From the NCBI GenBank assembly GCA_030141605.1, contig JAQGDQ010000684.1, forward strand, positions 1 through 64,000: a DNA stretch of 64,000 nucleotides, in the 5' to 3' direction. The notes beneath the pieces are model-generated. The model made no database searches. It was not told where the DNA came from and saw only the letters and a list, made by a program, of their open reading frames with translations. Shown here one piece after another: positions 25,919 through 38,619 of this stretch. Every line of letters starts with the position of its first letter. Within the stretch, counting starts at the first letter, position 1. The DNA comes from Tubiluchus corallicola (Eukaryota; Animalia; Priapulida). Made by a program: the position numbers and the translations under genes.

Positions 25919-26229
25919 ATAAGTTAAAATAAACATTATAATCATTTATTAACATCATCTTAATTTGAAATATAGTTTACATAAGTAATTCATAAAAAAG
26001 TGTTATCAGTCAAGATTGTTTACACAATTAGTAATAAAACAACAGAACGACAGTAAGAAGGATTAATGGGCTTAGTATTTCTGATAAAATATATAAGCAG
26101 TACAATTTCTTGAAAATTAACTTATTACAATGTTATTTAGAATTGATTACAGCTGTGCTGCATTTAAAAAATTAAAATCATTTCATTCGATGCAGCCATA
26201 TTAACAAGAATCTGTTGGTTTCGATCCTA

Positions 26230-27400
26230 TCAAAGCCTTTTTCCTCACTGATCTTCTTGCCAAAGTATTATGTCATGTTGTGACCGTGCACAGCAAAACC
26301 GTCCATGGTGCGCTAATGTAATTATGGCGCTGGATGTCAGAAAAGTCAAAAAGTCGGTACGAGTTTTCGGCATCAACTCTCAAGGCTCAGAAACAACGCA
26401 GAGAGCTGAAACTTGTACCACAATGATTAGCCGTGAACAGGAGAATAAGAATATGCATATAAAAGTTGATACCCAACGCACTATGGACGATTTTGCTATG
26501 TACCGTCATATATTATGTCATGTTATCTTATTTTACCCTATCCTATCTTATCCTATCCTATCTTATCCTATCCTACCTTATCCTATCTTATCCTATCCTA
26601 TCTTATCCTGTCTTATCCTATCTTATTTTATCCTATCGTATCTTATCCTATCGTATCTTATCCTATCCTATCTTATCCTATCTTATCTTATCCTATCTTA
26701 TCCTATCCTATCTTATCCTATCCTATCTTATCCTGTCTTATCCTATCCTATCTTATCCTATCCTATCCTATCCTATCCTACCTTTTCCTATCCTATCTTA
26801 TCCTATCTTATCTTATCCTATCTTATCCTATCCTATCCTATCTTATCCTGTCTTATCCTATCCTATCTTATCCTATCTTATCCTATCCTACCTTTTCCTA
26901 TCCTATCTTATCCTATCTTATCTTATCCTATCTTATCCTATCCTATCTTATCCTGTCTTATCCTATCCTATCTTATCCTGTCTTATCCTATCCTATCCTA
27001 TCCTACCTTTTCCTATCCTATCTTATTTTATCCTATCCTATCGTATCCTATCGTATCTTATCTTATCCCATCCCATCCTATCTTATTTTATCTTATCTTA
27101 TCCTATCCTATCTTATCCTATCTTATCTTATCTTATCTTATAAGCCATTTACGTCGGACGCTTTCGAGCTTTTAAAAAAGCTATTTGCCCGTGAGTCGTA
27201 CAAATGTGTGATTGTCAGCTACCAGTGCTGCTTATATTCCACTCATCCTTGCCTTAAAATTAGGATGAGACATCAGCACAGCTTGGGGAGGTCGATTGTC
27301 CTCTCATCTCTTCGGTAAACAGGCCACGCCTGAAAAAATATCAGTTGACGAAAATTTTGAATATGTTCAGCACAACCAAGCATGTCGGTCACATCTGACG
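26230..27400 (-). pseudogene. Possible decayed class A GPCR pseudogene interrupted by a pentanucleotide array
   Basis: Frame-broken fragments in the expected order: PTCLVVLNI / STDIFSGVACLP (TM2-like), RYIA-IVH (DRY-like), VSTFICIFLFSCSRLII (TM4-like; compare VSTKLLATLISCSWLI in the 44.5-kb GPCR), FLTFLTSSAII...LARR (TM5-like). Confidence 0.35.
26523..27140. repeat. (TATCC/TATCT)n pentanucleotide array
   Basis: Direct inspection; it explains the ILSYP/YLILS ORFs. Confidence 0.95.
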
Positions 27401-28534
27401 ATTTTAGCGTGCCTGAATTTATTGTTGATTGACTGGAACTTGCCAGAGGCCATGTTAGTTCCCACACAGAAATTCTTGTGATTTGGGCTGTGGCAGCGTG
27501 TAATAAATCTTTCTCTGCTTCTTGCTTAGCTGTGACACTGGGTCAGAAACGATCAATTTTCTACCAACCTGGAGCGTAAGTAAAAATATAATATGAGTAT
27601 TTTATTTCATGTGATGCAGAACGAACGTATCGAAGCTTAGTCTACAATAAGATTAGAAGGGAGTGATCTAAAAAGTTTAAATATCACGTCATGATTAGTG
27701 TTGCTCCAGATATCCGATTTGTATCCGAAAATGGCGATTTTCGCGAGATTTTCCAGGTATTCGTATCGGATATTATCCGGTAGTTATAAAAAAATTGATA
27801 TTCGCTATCCGGTTTTCATAATGTGCAATTGAAAATGGTTTTGGAATAATTTAGCAGCCAAAAATAAATAAATAAAATGTTAGCAAAAATTTAGAGATCG
27901 TTTTAGCCTATGTTTGTGCTTTAAAGATGAAAAGTTTATACACATCTTTTCTCGTTTGTATGTGGTAATATGGTGTATCTTTGGACTAGGTCCTTTAAGA
28001 TGACAGATTAAATGAAAACGTTCTAAAGTTTGCAAAACATTTACCAATTTTTCATTATCATGATATTTGCATTCACTTATGGCTGTGAAATTTATAGTGT
28101 TGGTGATTTTTCATAACGTGCTGTAGCAATACATGAGTTATTATCATTAAGTTTTATCGTGTTAAAAAATTAAATGTCGAAACAATGTCAACTTAATCAT
28201 CTGCTGTTCGAATGTTTAATTGTACCGTGAGATAGTTTTGTGTTTATGTCAAGATACGCGTGTATGTTAAACCTATGATATGTATTACAAGATTGTATAT
28301 GAGATTGTATTTGTAAACGTGTGCTTTAGTTTTTTAGATACGAATGTTTTGCTATAGCTTATGTCATTCTCGTTTTTTACTGTATTACTTGTGTTTTCAT
28401 GCACCCCTACTGCACTCGTAGTTTAAATTTTCTGCACCAGACACATTTACCTATTTGTAGTGTAGTCCATTCATGACTGGCAATCACTGAATGATACTTC
28501 ACATTGTATACTATCATTATTTTATGGCAAATAA

Positions 28535-28609
<75 letters not shown>

Positions 28610-30728
28610 TGCGTGCGTGCGTGCTTGTGCGTGCGTGCGTGTGTGTGTGTATAAAGTTTTAAATTTGCTTACGTTAGAACAGACATAATTTAAAAGCCAA
28701 TTACAGTATATCCCAGTTATTTATAACAGAGATTTCCACAGGACAGCTCACTTTAGCTATTAGCCAACCTGTTTAACAGTAGTAAGTAATTATGGTGTGC
28801 AAACTGTTTTATCTTAAATGAGAAGAGAGGCAATTTTAAAATATGTCTCAGAAACTTTTCGTACTAAATAGTATCACTTTGCCTTATGCTTACCTTTTCA
28901 TATACGTGTGTGTGCGTGCGTGCGCGTGCGCGTGTGCGTGTGTGTGTGTATTAAATTTTATTAACATTAATTATAGCATAATTAAATTTTATTTAAATTA
29001 AAGTCTGGAGTATTAAACTAATTCAATGAAGTTTCATGTATACATACATAACTGAAAACCAGCCACGTTCAATGACGTATAAAGAGGTCAATACAAGGAG
29101 CAAAATCATAAGAAAATCAATTCAGTTTACATCGTGGTCTTCACCAGAGAAGATAAAACATTGCTAAAGATTTGTTGTCGAGACAAAAATCAGACTTTTA
29201 CTACTGCATTATTATACGGTATCTGGAATTCCATTTGAGAGAGTGTACAATGGCCGCAAAGGAACTAAAAACAAAAATTGTCGAGTGCTGAGCTCAAATA
29301 CCACTAAAAAGTGAGAAAATGTATCAGCTTTTGGAGGAAATGCCTTCGTCTAGTTTTCAGTGAAATCTGTGGACCCATAGAACACTTGTTATTTTAAAAC
29401 TTTATAGTTTCGTTGGAAAATGTAAAGGAATGACTTTAAATTCTTCATGTTTATAGGCAGGTGTTTGTAACAATTTTCAATTAATTTTATTTTTTCTTGT
29501 TATTATATCGTCATTAAGACTTCGGCACATTTTTTCTGTGCCACCTGATATATTTAGTGCAGGTTTACAAAAACAATTTTGGTAAATTAGGGGGTATTCA
29601 ATTTACTACAAGTGTGTGGACAGAAGAAAATCATTTTAATTACTCTCAATTTGAATTTATGTTGTATTGTCATCATACTTGTTTGAGTTTTGGATAGTGC
29701 TGCCATCTTCAGGTGTTCTTGTTAAAATTGTTAAATGTTTCTCTTTACTGTTTAAATTTTCATTGGCTTCTACAGTCTTTATGAATGCATAATCTCTAAA
29801 CCTGTTTTCACACCTAAATGATTTCACCTGTAGTTTTTAGTCACTTGGTTTTCTGCTTTTCAACACGACACTACTTCACTGCTTATGTAGGCATTTCAGA
29901 ATAAAATCTTAATACTAAATTTCAAGTTTTTTGGTTTCTTCAAACCAGTGTGTGACATAATAAAAATGTACACTTTGATTTAAAATAGGATTTCATGATT
30001 TTATTTACACAACACATTTTGTAGGAAATTAATTCTGCTCCAAAATCAAGGCATTTATAAATCTTAAAGTTCTTGTTTGTGCAAGTTGGTAAATACAGTA
30101 GAACCTGACGTGTCCTTGTTTCTGACATGTTTTTTTTTGCTATTTCTACCTGTTTCTTTAAAATAGTGTTGCTCCTGTTAAAGTCTGAAAAAATATTGCT
30201 GCTACCGGGATCCTGCTATAATAAATTTTGTAACTTATTTTCAATGTAACCAATAGGTGACAATGTAACTGTAAGAGACTACTACTCCATGATGCGCAAA
30301 GTAAAAAAATTCATGTTTGAGTAGCTTTATTACGTTTTATCTGTAAGAAAAATCATGACAAAATATAACAAACTAATTTGAGCCAAAAAGAAAACAAATA
30401 AATTAATAATAAAGTGAGACTGAATAATCAAAATAAACTTACATCATGGCTCTACTACTCTTGACAAATAAATGATTTAACTGAGACAAAAACAACAACT
30501 TACTTAGCCAAGAACAGGCTGCCAACTAGCGAGGAAAACTAGCTCTGTCAGTAGAGCATGACAGAGAGAAGTCAAGACGTGCATACGAATGCAGTTAGAA
30601 AGGACAGTATAGGGGGTTTACAGAATGACAGAACACTGAAGTAATAAAATAACCTAAAATCCTTAACAGTAACTAATATTTTCATAGGTGACTTACATGA
30701 GTTTTGCAGTTTCTGTGAATGTCAGATA

Positions 30729-31150
30729 CAGAACTTTGCAGTTGTAAAACGTTGTAAAATTGTTACTGCTAATGTCACGTTTCTGTCTTTATAAGATAAC
30801 AGAACTTTGCAGTTGTAAAACGTTGTAAAATTGTAACTGCTAATGTCACGTTTCTGTCTTTATAAGATAACAGAACTTTGCAGTTGTAAAACATTGTAAA
30901 ATTGTAACTGCTAATGTCACGTTTCTGTCTTTATAAGATAATAGAACTTTGCAGTTGTAAAACATTGTAAAATTGTAACTGCTAATGTCACGTTTCTGTC
31001 TTTATAAGATAACAGAACTTTGCAGTTGTAAAACGTTGTAAAATTGATACTGCTAATGTCACGTTTCTGTCTTAATAAGATAACAGAACTTTGCAGTTGT
31101 AAAACGTTGTAAAATTGTTGCTGCTAATGTCACGTTTCGGTCTTAATAAT
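30729..31150. repeat. 71-bp minisatellite (6 copies) abutting the acceptor of the DOMON gene
   Basis: Units start at 30729, 30800, 30871, 30942, 31013 and 31084; each contains TGCTAAT plus a pyrimidine run. Confidence 0.92.
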
Positions 31151-31190
31151 ACCTTATAATTTTAGGTGACTGTAGAAAGCGGAGACAAAG

Positions 31191-31982
31191 ATGAATTTTT
31201 ACCTTGCATTATTGGCTCTTCTGACCCTGTGCGTTTTGTACGTCGATGGAGATGAAATCGAGTTTGATGAATGTGGCAAAACGAAGGGCTGCTTCTTCGG
31301 GCCAGACGGTTGCGACTCGGAGGAAAGCTGCAAATATCTGCTGACTTTTCGGGAAGTGGCCGGAAACAAAATTCAATTCGAGATGAGCGGTCGGACGGAG
31401 TACACCGGAAGGAGCTCTTACATCTCCGTAGGATTCTCAAGAGATGCAAAAATGGGAGAGGACAGCGTTATATCGTGTGTACGTGACATTAACACCAGAG
31501 AAATCAACATCTACGCTTCGTACAATGAAATTTACAGGAACAATGTACGATTTGACCTTGACGCAGAAGAGGCGGGGATAGATCTTCAGGACGCTGACTA
31601 CGACAACGGCATCATTAGGTGCAGGTTCACAAGAGACATAATCGTTTCAGCAAATGTTCCAGGACAGGAAAAATGGTATAAAGATCGCATTTTTGACTTG
31701 AATAAACCGTATTACATTTTCCTGGCGAATGGTCCAGCCACTGCTAATTCGATTCAGCGCCACGATCTTCGTGTACTGCCCCTGATTTCCCGCAACAAGC
31801 TGAAAATGACGTACCTGCGTGACCAGCGAAAGAAAAGACCCGATGGGCGCCCTGGTGACCGCCGCAATGAGGTGGAGGCAGAGGCAGAGGCAGAACCAAA
31901 AAGTGATGGTTCAAGTTTCTCATCTGGCATGAAACTTGCAGGCTTCATAACTTGCTTTTTAATCCTTTACAAGTTCTTATAG
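31191..31982 (+). CDS. Secreted single-DOMON-domain protein with C-terminal hydrophobic (GPI/TM) tail; FRRS1L-like architecture
   Basis: Signal peptide, CGKTKGCF, GFSRDAKMGEDSV (Met ligand), CRFTR, ANGP...IQRHD (His ligand), hydrophobic C-terminus; single coding exon, 263 aa. Confidence 0.9.
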   Translation: MNFYLALLALLTLCVLYVDGDEIEFDECGKTKGCFFGPDGCDSEESCKYLLTFREVAGNKIQFEMSGRTEYTGRSSYISVGFSRDAKMGEDSVISCVRDINTREINIYASYNEIYRNNVRFDLDAEEAGIDLQDADYDNGIIRCRFTRDIIVSANVPGQEKWYKDRIFDLNKPYYIFLANGPATANSIQRHDLRVLPLISRNKLKMTYLRDQRKKRPDGRPGDRRNEVEAEAEAEPKSDGSSFSSGMKLAGFITCFLILYKFL

Positions 31983-32028
31983 AAGTTGCAGGCTACGTGG
32001 GTTCGTTCTGTATACTTGTACATATCTC

Positions 32029-32293
32029 TTAATTATCCTACGTGTTGAGGATTATGCTTAGTGATGGGAGTTTTAATTATCCTACGTGTTGAGGATTATG
32101 CTTAGTGATGGGAGTTTTAATTATCCTACGTGTTGAGGATTATGCTTAGTGATGGGAGTTTTAATTATCCTACGTGTTGAGGATTATGCTTAGTGATGGG
32201 AGTTTTAATTACCCGACGTGTTGAGGATTATGCTTAGTGATGGGAATTTTAATTACCCGACGTGTTGAGGATTATGCTTAGTGATGGGAATTT
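32029..32293. repeat. 44-bp minisatellite (6 copies) just after the DOMON gene stop
   Basis: Unit TTAATTATCCTACGTGTTGAGGATTATGCTTAGTGATGGGAGTT. Confidence 0.92.
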
Positions 32294-33006
32294 TTATACC
32301 TCAAACGTCATCAAACACTGAAAGGCAAGGGTTCATAACATTTACTAATAACCATTTTATTTAATTTTTTTATTTCCACTAATCCTTGTATTTTATTATA
32401 TGTATAAGTTCTATATAAGTTTTTTTCACGTAAATTTTATTTGTATACATATGTTTCATCAACTTTTAGTTCTAAAATAAGATTTTACTTACTTATTGCT
32501 CGCTGAGATAGGATTTAACCAAATGAGCGTTCACATCAAAAAGTTTTCTGAACGAATTATTAGAATATGAAACACAGTAAACTCTTTCTGAGTGCTAAAC
32601 AAAATGAGTAGTTACTGATTCAATACAATGCGTTCAAATTCGTGATGCAGTTTTAATGAGCTAACCACCACCACCACGCTTAGATTGTTTGTTGGTCGCG
32701 TTTGTTCATTTTTATTGCATTATTTTTACAAAAATATCACTCGTGTTTGACGGACGTTCCTCATCTTTTTTAAGCTTCAGTACCCTTTTGGAGTCTGAAT
32801 TCTGGTACCAACCACATGCAATATATTGGACTGAATTCGACCCAGGGGGTCGAACTCCAAGATGGCATGGCGGTCTTGATATTGCGCATCATTAAGTTCC
32901 ATTTTATAATCGTTGTGTAACCGATACTTAATTACAAATGTTAATGTTAATTACAAATGTTCTGCTAATTAACTAAATCAATGTCTGTAAACTAATACCA
33001 TATACC

Positions 33007-33354
33007 TGTTATAGCATGTCATTTAACTCTCATAAAACAAAATACACAAAAACTACACTGTACGGAGTTTATTATCAGCACTAATAAAAATAGGGAACAA
33101 AATACACGTGCACAAAAAATAACTAACTAACTCAGTAACAGCACTACACCCGAGGAGCACCTGTGTCAGAAATCAAGGCTGTAGTGACCTCTACACGCTT
33201 TTATACTGGCATTCCAGGTCAGCTGGCTTCTCACACCACGTGTAGGCCCAAACAAGACGTCTGGACCTACAAGAAAGGGGTGTGTCGCTGCTGACGTGGA
33301 AGCAGGGCGTGTAGAGGGCCCTACACCTGACCCGACACAGGTGCCTCCGTAACA
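33007..33354 (-). mobile_element. Probable solo LTR
   Basis: On -: starts TGTTA and ends TAACA, with internal TATAAAAG then AATAAA followed by a GT-rich tract. No clear TSD. Confidence 0.45.
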
Positions 33355-34684
33355 ATATATACGACTACTAGATTCGTTAGTATTATTGCCCACTGGTATT
33401 TTCCAAATATAATATGATTCTATATTGGTATATATTATATATATAATATATATAATAATATGTAATATGCCTTGTCCCATGTGTAAAACTAGGTGGTTAG
33501 GAAAACGTTGGGGTTAAATCTATATTCTTTTTACTGTTATTTGTGTTGATTTTTAACAGTTTAACGTGCTCGAGTGACTAACAGTTTTTTTGACAATTAA
33601 TGAAGCAAGAGACGAAAAGGGGCACTAGGGCTGACAGTTTATTGGGGTTGCCTTCTGACTGGCAGCTGGTTCCAACACACTCGGGTAAGAATGATCCCCG
33701 AAGTTTGGGCGACTGGACAAACTTGATCAAAATGCCATTTTGGGTGTTTCCGATGCTCGCACGCAGGCTAAATCAAGAGGCCTAATGTTGTACAATTTTG
33801 TACGTAATGCTTCATTATTTTTAAGTGAATTCGAGGGCCATGAAAATGCGCGTTAGATCATAGCAACATTGTAAATTTATTTGATGGAAAATTATTGTCA
33901 ATTGGAAATTTCATTTTTGATTATATGCATAGACTTTGAACTAAATAGTGTAGGTTTTTGTTAACGGACATATAACTGCATCGTTGTGATTATCATATAG
34001 ATAAAAAAATTATGTACAAATATGTACAAGTGTTTAGTTAATAACTTTTATCGCTTCATAAATGTTAAAACTAAATTTGTGTAACTGTGTATATACCTTG
34101 TGCAGCTGTGTTGGGTCAAATGGTTAGTATGATCTGGAAATCATTACCCTGATTTTCGGAAATAAAATGTCTGTCTATCTATCTAGTCGTCGTCCAATGA
34201 ATCACGCGTCCAGGGACATGATTCTGCTCACCTCCCTATGCCAAGCCTCCCTACACGCCGCAATGCACCAAGTGGATTTATTTCTAAGGATCAATGCTGA
34301 AGTGTTTAAATCTTTCTGTGCAAAATCTAAATATGTTAACATTTGTCCTCCTGCAGGTTTTTTAGCTGGTTCTATGGCACGGCGACTAAGTAACATTTGT
34401 TGTAATATCACATTAACACTTTATTATTGTTATTGTATTGTTTTAAAATAAATGTGATTTTAACGGATCGTTTGAGAGGAGATCGCTGATCTTTTGCGTA
34501 GTTCACCAAAAAGTAAAAAATTGTTGCTTAATTGACGAACTTCAGTGCCGCATTATTTTTCACTAATCCTATTACGTGAATTGCGAATTGATGCTGTGCA
34601 GTTTGATACGTTTTTATTGATCTTCTTTTAAATAAAATACTAAAATAAAAACTGATTTTGTTTGGAATGTTTTTTACTAAGCTG

Positions 34685-35069
34685 CAGGGGCGTATTAACC
34701 AATAGGCTAACTAGGCTATGGCCTAGGTCGCCAAAGTTAGATGGGGGATACACATCTTTATTCTGCTCGGAAACTGTGCAGACTTTCATATTCATGTAGG
34801 GAGCCTTTTATAACACACCACAAGCAGTTACTGAGTCAGCTTTTATATATGCACCACAGGTGCAAGGTCTTAATTAACAAGCAGTTGCGCAGCTTGCTTG
34901 AATATAAGCGCCATGCAAATACAGTTAATTAATAATGACCTGGTTGAAAACTATGTTAATATGGTTTCTAATACACCACAAGCAGTTGTTTCATCTGCTT
35001 GCTACGTAAATAACCAGAAATTCACAATGAAGATGGGTTGAGCGTCGTAAAAGTCCTGATACGCCCCTG
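34685..35069. mobile_element. hAT-type MITE
   Basis: TIR CAGGGGCGTAT / ATACGCCCCTG; 8-bp TSD CTAAGCTG / CTAAGCTT. Confidence 0.8.
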
Positions 35070-36764
35070 CTAAGCTTCATTATCCTAGTCACGATATAAT
35101 CATCGTTTTGTGTCTCTCTTTCCATTTCATCAATTTAGTCAACAAAATGAGCAGTAGTTCCATACTGACTAGGCTTACTCACTTTTCAGTTCCCGGTAAT
35201 AAAGTTACAGGGAAAAAGTCACAATAAGCCGTAGTTCCATGCTGACCATTTTGCATATACTACATTCAATTTAATTTGCTGTTACGCGAAATATGTCGTC
35301 GTAATTGGTCAGATAGCGCAATTAGAAGAATTTGCAAGATAACATGCAATTATAAGAGCAAGAGATTGAAAAAGATCAGCGCCCATATATGTCGTGGCGC
35401 TAAAGTTGTAGCTGGGGTATTTTGGGGAGAGCTAACTACCGATATTGGCAGGTTTATCAGACTGTTTTTGTAGTTGCAATGTTTGTGTTAAACAGATGAA
35501 ATCACTGAATGAAAACATGGTTTAACTTTGCGATCTGTATTTTACTCAAAATCATAGTCTCATTGTCAATCCACATATACACGAAAATTGCAACCATAAT
35601 CAATAGCAGTACAAATGTTAAAGTAAATACATCAGCCAATATATCATGGCACCTGAGTCTCAATGTTCTAATCACCAAAAACCACTGTTTAAACCTATTG
35701 CTTGTCCTCTCATCTTGCTACCAAGTCAAGAGTAGTAGTTATTCACAGAGAAGCCAAGTGACCCAGTTCTATACAAACATATAGCAGTAGCAAGTACATA
35801 CATATATTGGAAACTTCCAAGTGTACAAACAGATGTCAGCACTGACTTAGTGGTAGTGAAAAACAAAAAGTTTAAAACTACAAATCAAAATTATTAATAA
35901 ACTGTAAATTAGATGCACTCATCTGCGACAATATATACGACGACGACTAAAATTATTTAGACAACATTTTTTTACGTAAACACAATGTCATCTTTCCACG
36001 TAAACAATGGGCAAAAATACAAACAGAATTTTTTAGAATCAATAAATTTAGAATTTCCCTGAGACAGAAAGCAAAGACGAATCTACAGGTAAATAATACA
36101 ACGTAGAGACAGGTAAGTATTTCCATTATTGTTTTCTACGGTGTTGCTAATCAAAGATAACGTTTGGCGCTCTTTTTATAACAAAAATTTTGAACGGAAA
36201 TTCGGTTTTATCGAGATAATTACCAGGTCTCAACAAAATGAAAGAATAAGTTACTAAATGCAATTTAGCACAGCAATGATAATAGCAAGTTCAGTTATAA
36301 AACCGGTAAACATTCATCATTTAAACGTGATCTAATTATGTAGAGCTTTATAGATTTATTTGCGTGCGTAGCATCATCACCGCTACGGAAAAGTGTTAAT
36401 AATGTTGATGGCTCCTTGTCTAAGTGGCGCGTTCAGCGTTTTAACAAAGAAAATCTTTTTGTGCCAGCATGCCAAAGAATATTCCAACATACCAGATTAT
36501 TGCCAGGCAATTCAATAACCAACTGTAGGACAGAAAAACATATAGCTAAATAATACGTAGCGTAGATATATAGTCTATTTCTCATAAAGGCAATATGCAT
36601 ATAACGACACACCATAAGAGATAACAATGCCAGAAGATCTTTTAAAATGCATAGACCGTTGGCATCCTTCCTGCAAACTCTAGCATTATAATTATATGCA
36701 CTGGCTGTTTCTTAAATGTACAAACAGTAACATACTTCGAAATGAGAGTATTGCCTCTTGTCAG

Positions 36765-37170
36765 TAGGGGTGAGCATCGAACGTTCGAACGCTCGCGAAC
36801 GAGTTTTTTTAGTTCGAACTCGATTCGAATCCAAAACTATAGATTCGAATAATTCAGCACTTCAATCAGATATGTTCTTCATCACTCAAACGATTGAAAC
36901 ATCATGCATTTAGCGTGATTTAGCAGTGATTTCTGTGCACAATTTTATACCAATTACTATTCGTTTTATTGTAGTACAAAATCTAGTGACATGCATGATC
37001 TTTGTAAGACTAATTTTTACTGGTGGTTTGAAAACTAGTTCGAAAATCTTTCGATCTCAATTCGAATTCGGTTCGAATTCGAAACACTGAAGTTCGGTTC
37101 GATTCGAATTCGAAAGTCACAAATTCGGTTCGATTCGAATTCGTTTTCTGGTAGAGAATGCTCGCCCCTA
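36765..37170. mobile_element. TTCGAA-rich hAT-type MITE just upstream of FRRS1-like gene A
   Basis: TIR TAGGGGTGAGCAT / ATGCTCGCCCCTA; 8-bp TSD CTTGTCAG / CTTGTCAA. Confidence 0.8.
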
Positions 37171-37305
37171 CTTGTCAATGCTTGTCGTTTTTACTTTAGA
37201 CACATGTGCACGATCAACGTAGTCTCACGCAGTTCTTTATTTTTAGGTACTCTATCTGCTAGATACAGGCAGTTAGTTCTTAAATAATATAAAGCTACTA
37301 TAAAA

Positions 37306-38619
37306 ATGGTTTCAAAATACTGTGCTTTCCTTACATGGCTGCTTCGTATCGGTTATCTGTCAGCCCAGGAAATCAACTGGAATGACTGTGGAAAGTCAAA
37401 AGGTTGTTTCAACAGTCCCGATCATTGTAATTCGGAAACTTCCTGTAAATATCTCCTCACTTATCAGCAAGTCGATTCGCAGATCCGTTTCGAAATGAGC
37501 TGCAAGGTCGACAATCCATCGAGAACGTCTTTTGTCGCCGTTGGCTTTTCCGACGACAGAAAAATGGGTGAAGACAGTGTGATCGAATGTGTCCACGACA
37601 TTAGCACTGGCCAAATAAATATCTTTCCGTCAAACAATGTTGCTGGTGGTAAGAACAATGAACGTCTTAACATGGCGCTGGCTGATGCTGGACTGATGCT
37701 GGAGAATTCGTCTTTCAGCGACGGCATTATCCGTTGCCGTTTTACGCGCGAAAAGGTTGTTAACCACGATCTTATCTATGATCTCAATAAAGAATGGTAC
37801 CTGTTGATGGCTAATGGTCCAGCCTCGTCAACAAACGTGGGAATGCATTCATTCAATCCTTACCCAGTGCGATCAGCTAATCGAGTCAGTCTTTTGGGTG
37901 TAGCGTTAAACGTAGGTGATGAAGGCACCAGATCTAACGGACTGGCAATAGCACATGCCAGCCTAATGGTCATTGCTTGGGTACTCCTGGTGTCGGTTGG
38001 GAAAATAACGGCTCGGCATTACAAAAATTGTTTAGCCGAAAAAATTCTCGACAAAGCTTTGTGGTTTCAAATTCACCGCACGTGCATGGCCACTGCCTGC
38101 GTTTTGTTTTTCGTTGCGACCGTACTGATAATTGCATACGTTTCTGGATGGGTTGTCAGCGGTGGTGATTCGTTTCCTCATTCCATTGTTGGTATAATTT
38201 CCGTCTGCTTGGGAATGCTGCAGCCTGTTATTGCCTTCTTCCGTTGCCATCCCGGTACCCCAAACCGTCCGTGGTTCAACAGGATACATTGGACCGTTGG
38301 CAACACGGCATATGCATTTGCTACTGCAACCATTTTTCTTGGACTTAGGTTCATGCACGTAAGGAGTGCTTTACCGTCGTACTTGATTGTCGTCATGGTG
38401 TTGTGCGTCATCTGCTACGTGTGCTGTGAAATCCTGCTGCAGATTTATCGAAGGAAACTCGCCAGAGCATTTGAAAACAGTGAACCTTCACCGAGAGACT
38501 ACAAGTTCCAGAAATTAATATTGGTCCTGTTTGCGGGCATTCAAATTGTACTCACCGCCACTCTCGTTTTTTCCTTTATTGCAAAATGGGGAAAGCCACG
38601 AGTCGTTCCACATTTTTAG
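37306..38619 (+). CDS. FRRS1: Ferric-chelate reductase 1-like (DOMON + cytochrome b561), copy A
   Basis: Signal peptide, DOMON (SDDRKMGEDS, VGMH), four b561 histidines (IAHASLM, WFQIHR, FPHSIVG, RIHW), six TM segments; intronless, 437 aa; no reeler domain. Confidence 0.92.
   Translation: MVSKYCAFLTWLLRIGYLSAQEINWNDCGKSKGCFNSPDHCNSETSCKYLLTYQQVDSQIRFEMSCKVDNPSRTSFVAVGFSDDRKMGEDSVIECVHDISTGQINIFPSNNVAGGKNNERLNMALADAGLMLENSSFSDGIIRCRFTREKVVNHDLIYDLNKEWYLLMANGPASSTNVGMHSFNPYPVRSANRVSLLGVALNVGDEGTRSNGLAIAHASLMVIAWVLLVSVGKITARHYKNCLAEKILDKALWFQIHRTCMATACVLFFVATVLIIAYVSGWVVSGGDSFPHSIVGIISVCLGMLQPVIAFFRCHPGTPNRPWFNRIHWTVGNTAYAFATATIFLGLRFMHVRSALPSYLIVVMVLCVICYVCCEILLQIYRRKLARAFENSEPSPRDYKFQKLILVLFAGIQIVLTATLVFSFIAKWGKPRVVPHF

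Noticed and set aside
26270-27318. Long 225-301 aa ILSYP-repeat ORFs
   Set aside because: Open in all three frames only because the pentamer array lacks stops.
24838-28870. ~130-bp diverged match between ~24840-24970 and ~28680-28800
   Set aside because: The similarity is real but short, non-coding and without termini; I cannot tell a dispersed repeat from an old duplication.
36765-37170. TTCGAA clusters as heat-shock elements
   Set aside because: The spacing mostly does not fit nGAAnnTTCn; they are subterminal repeats of a MITE.
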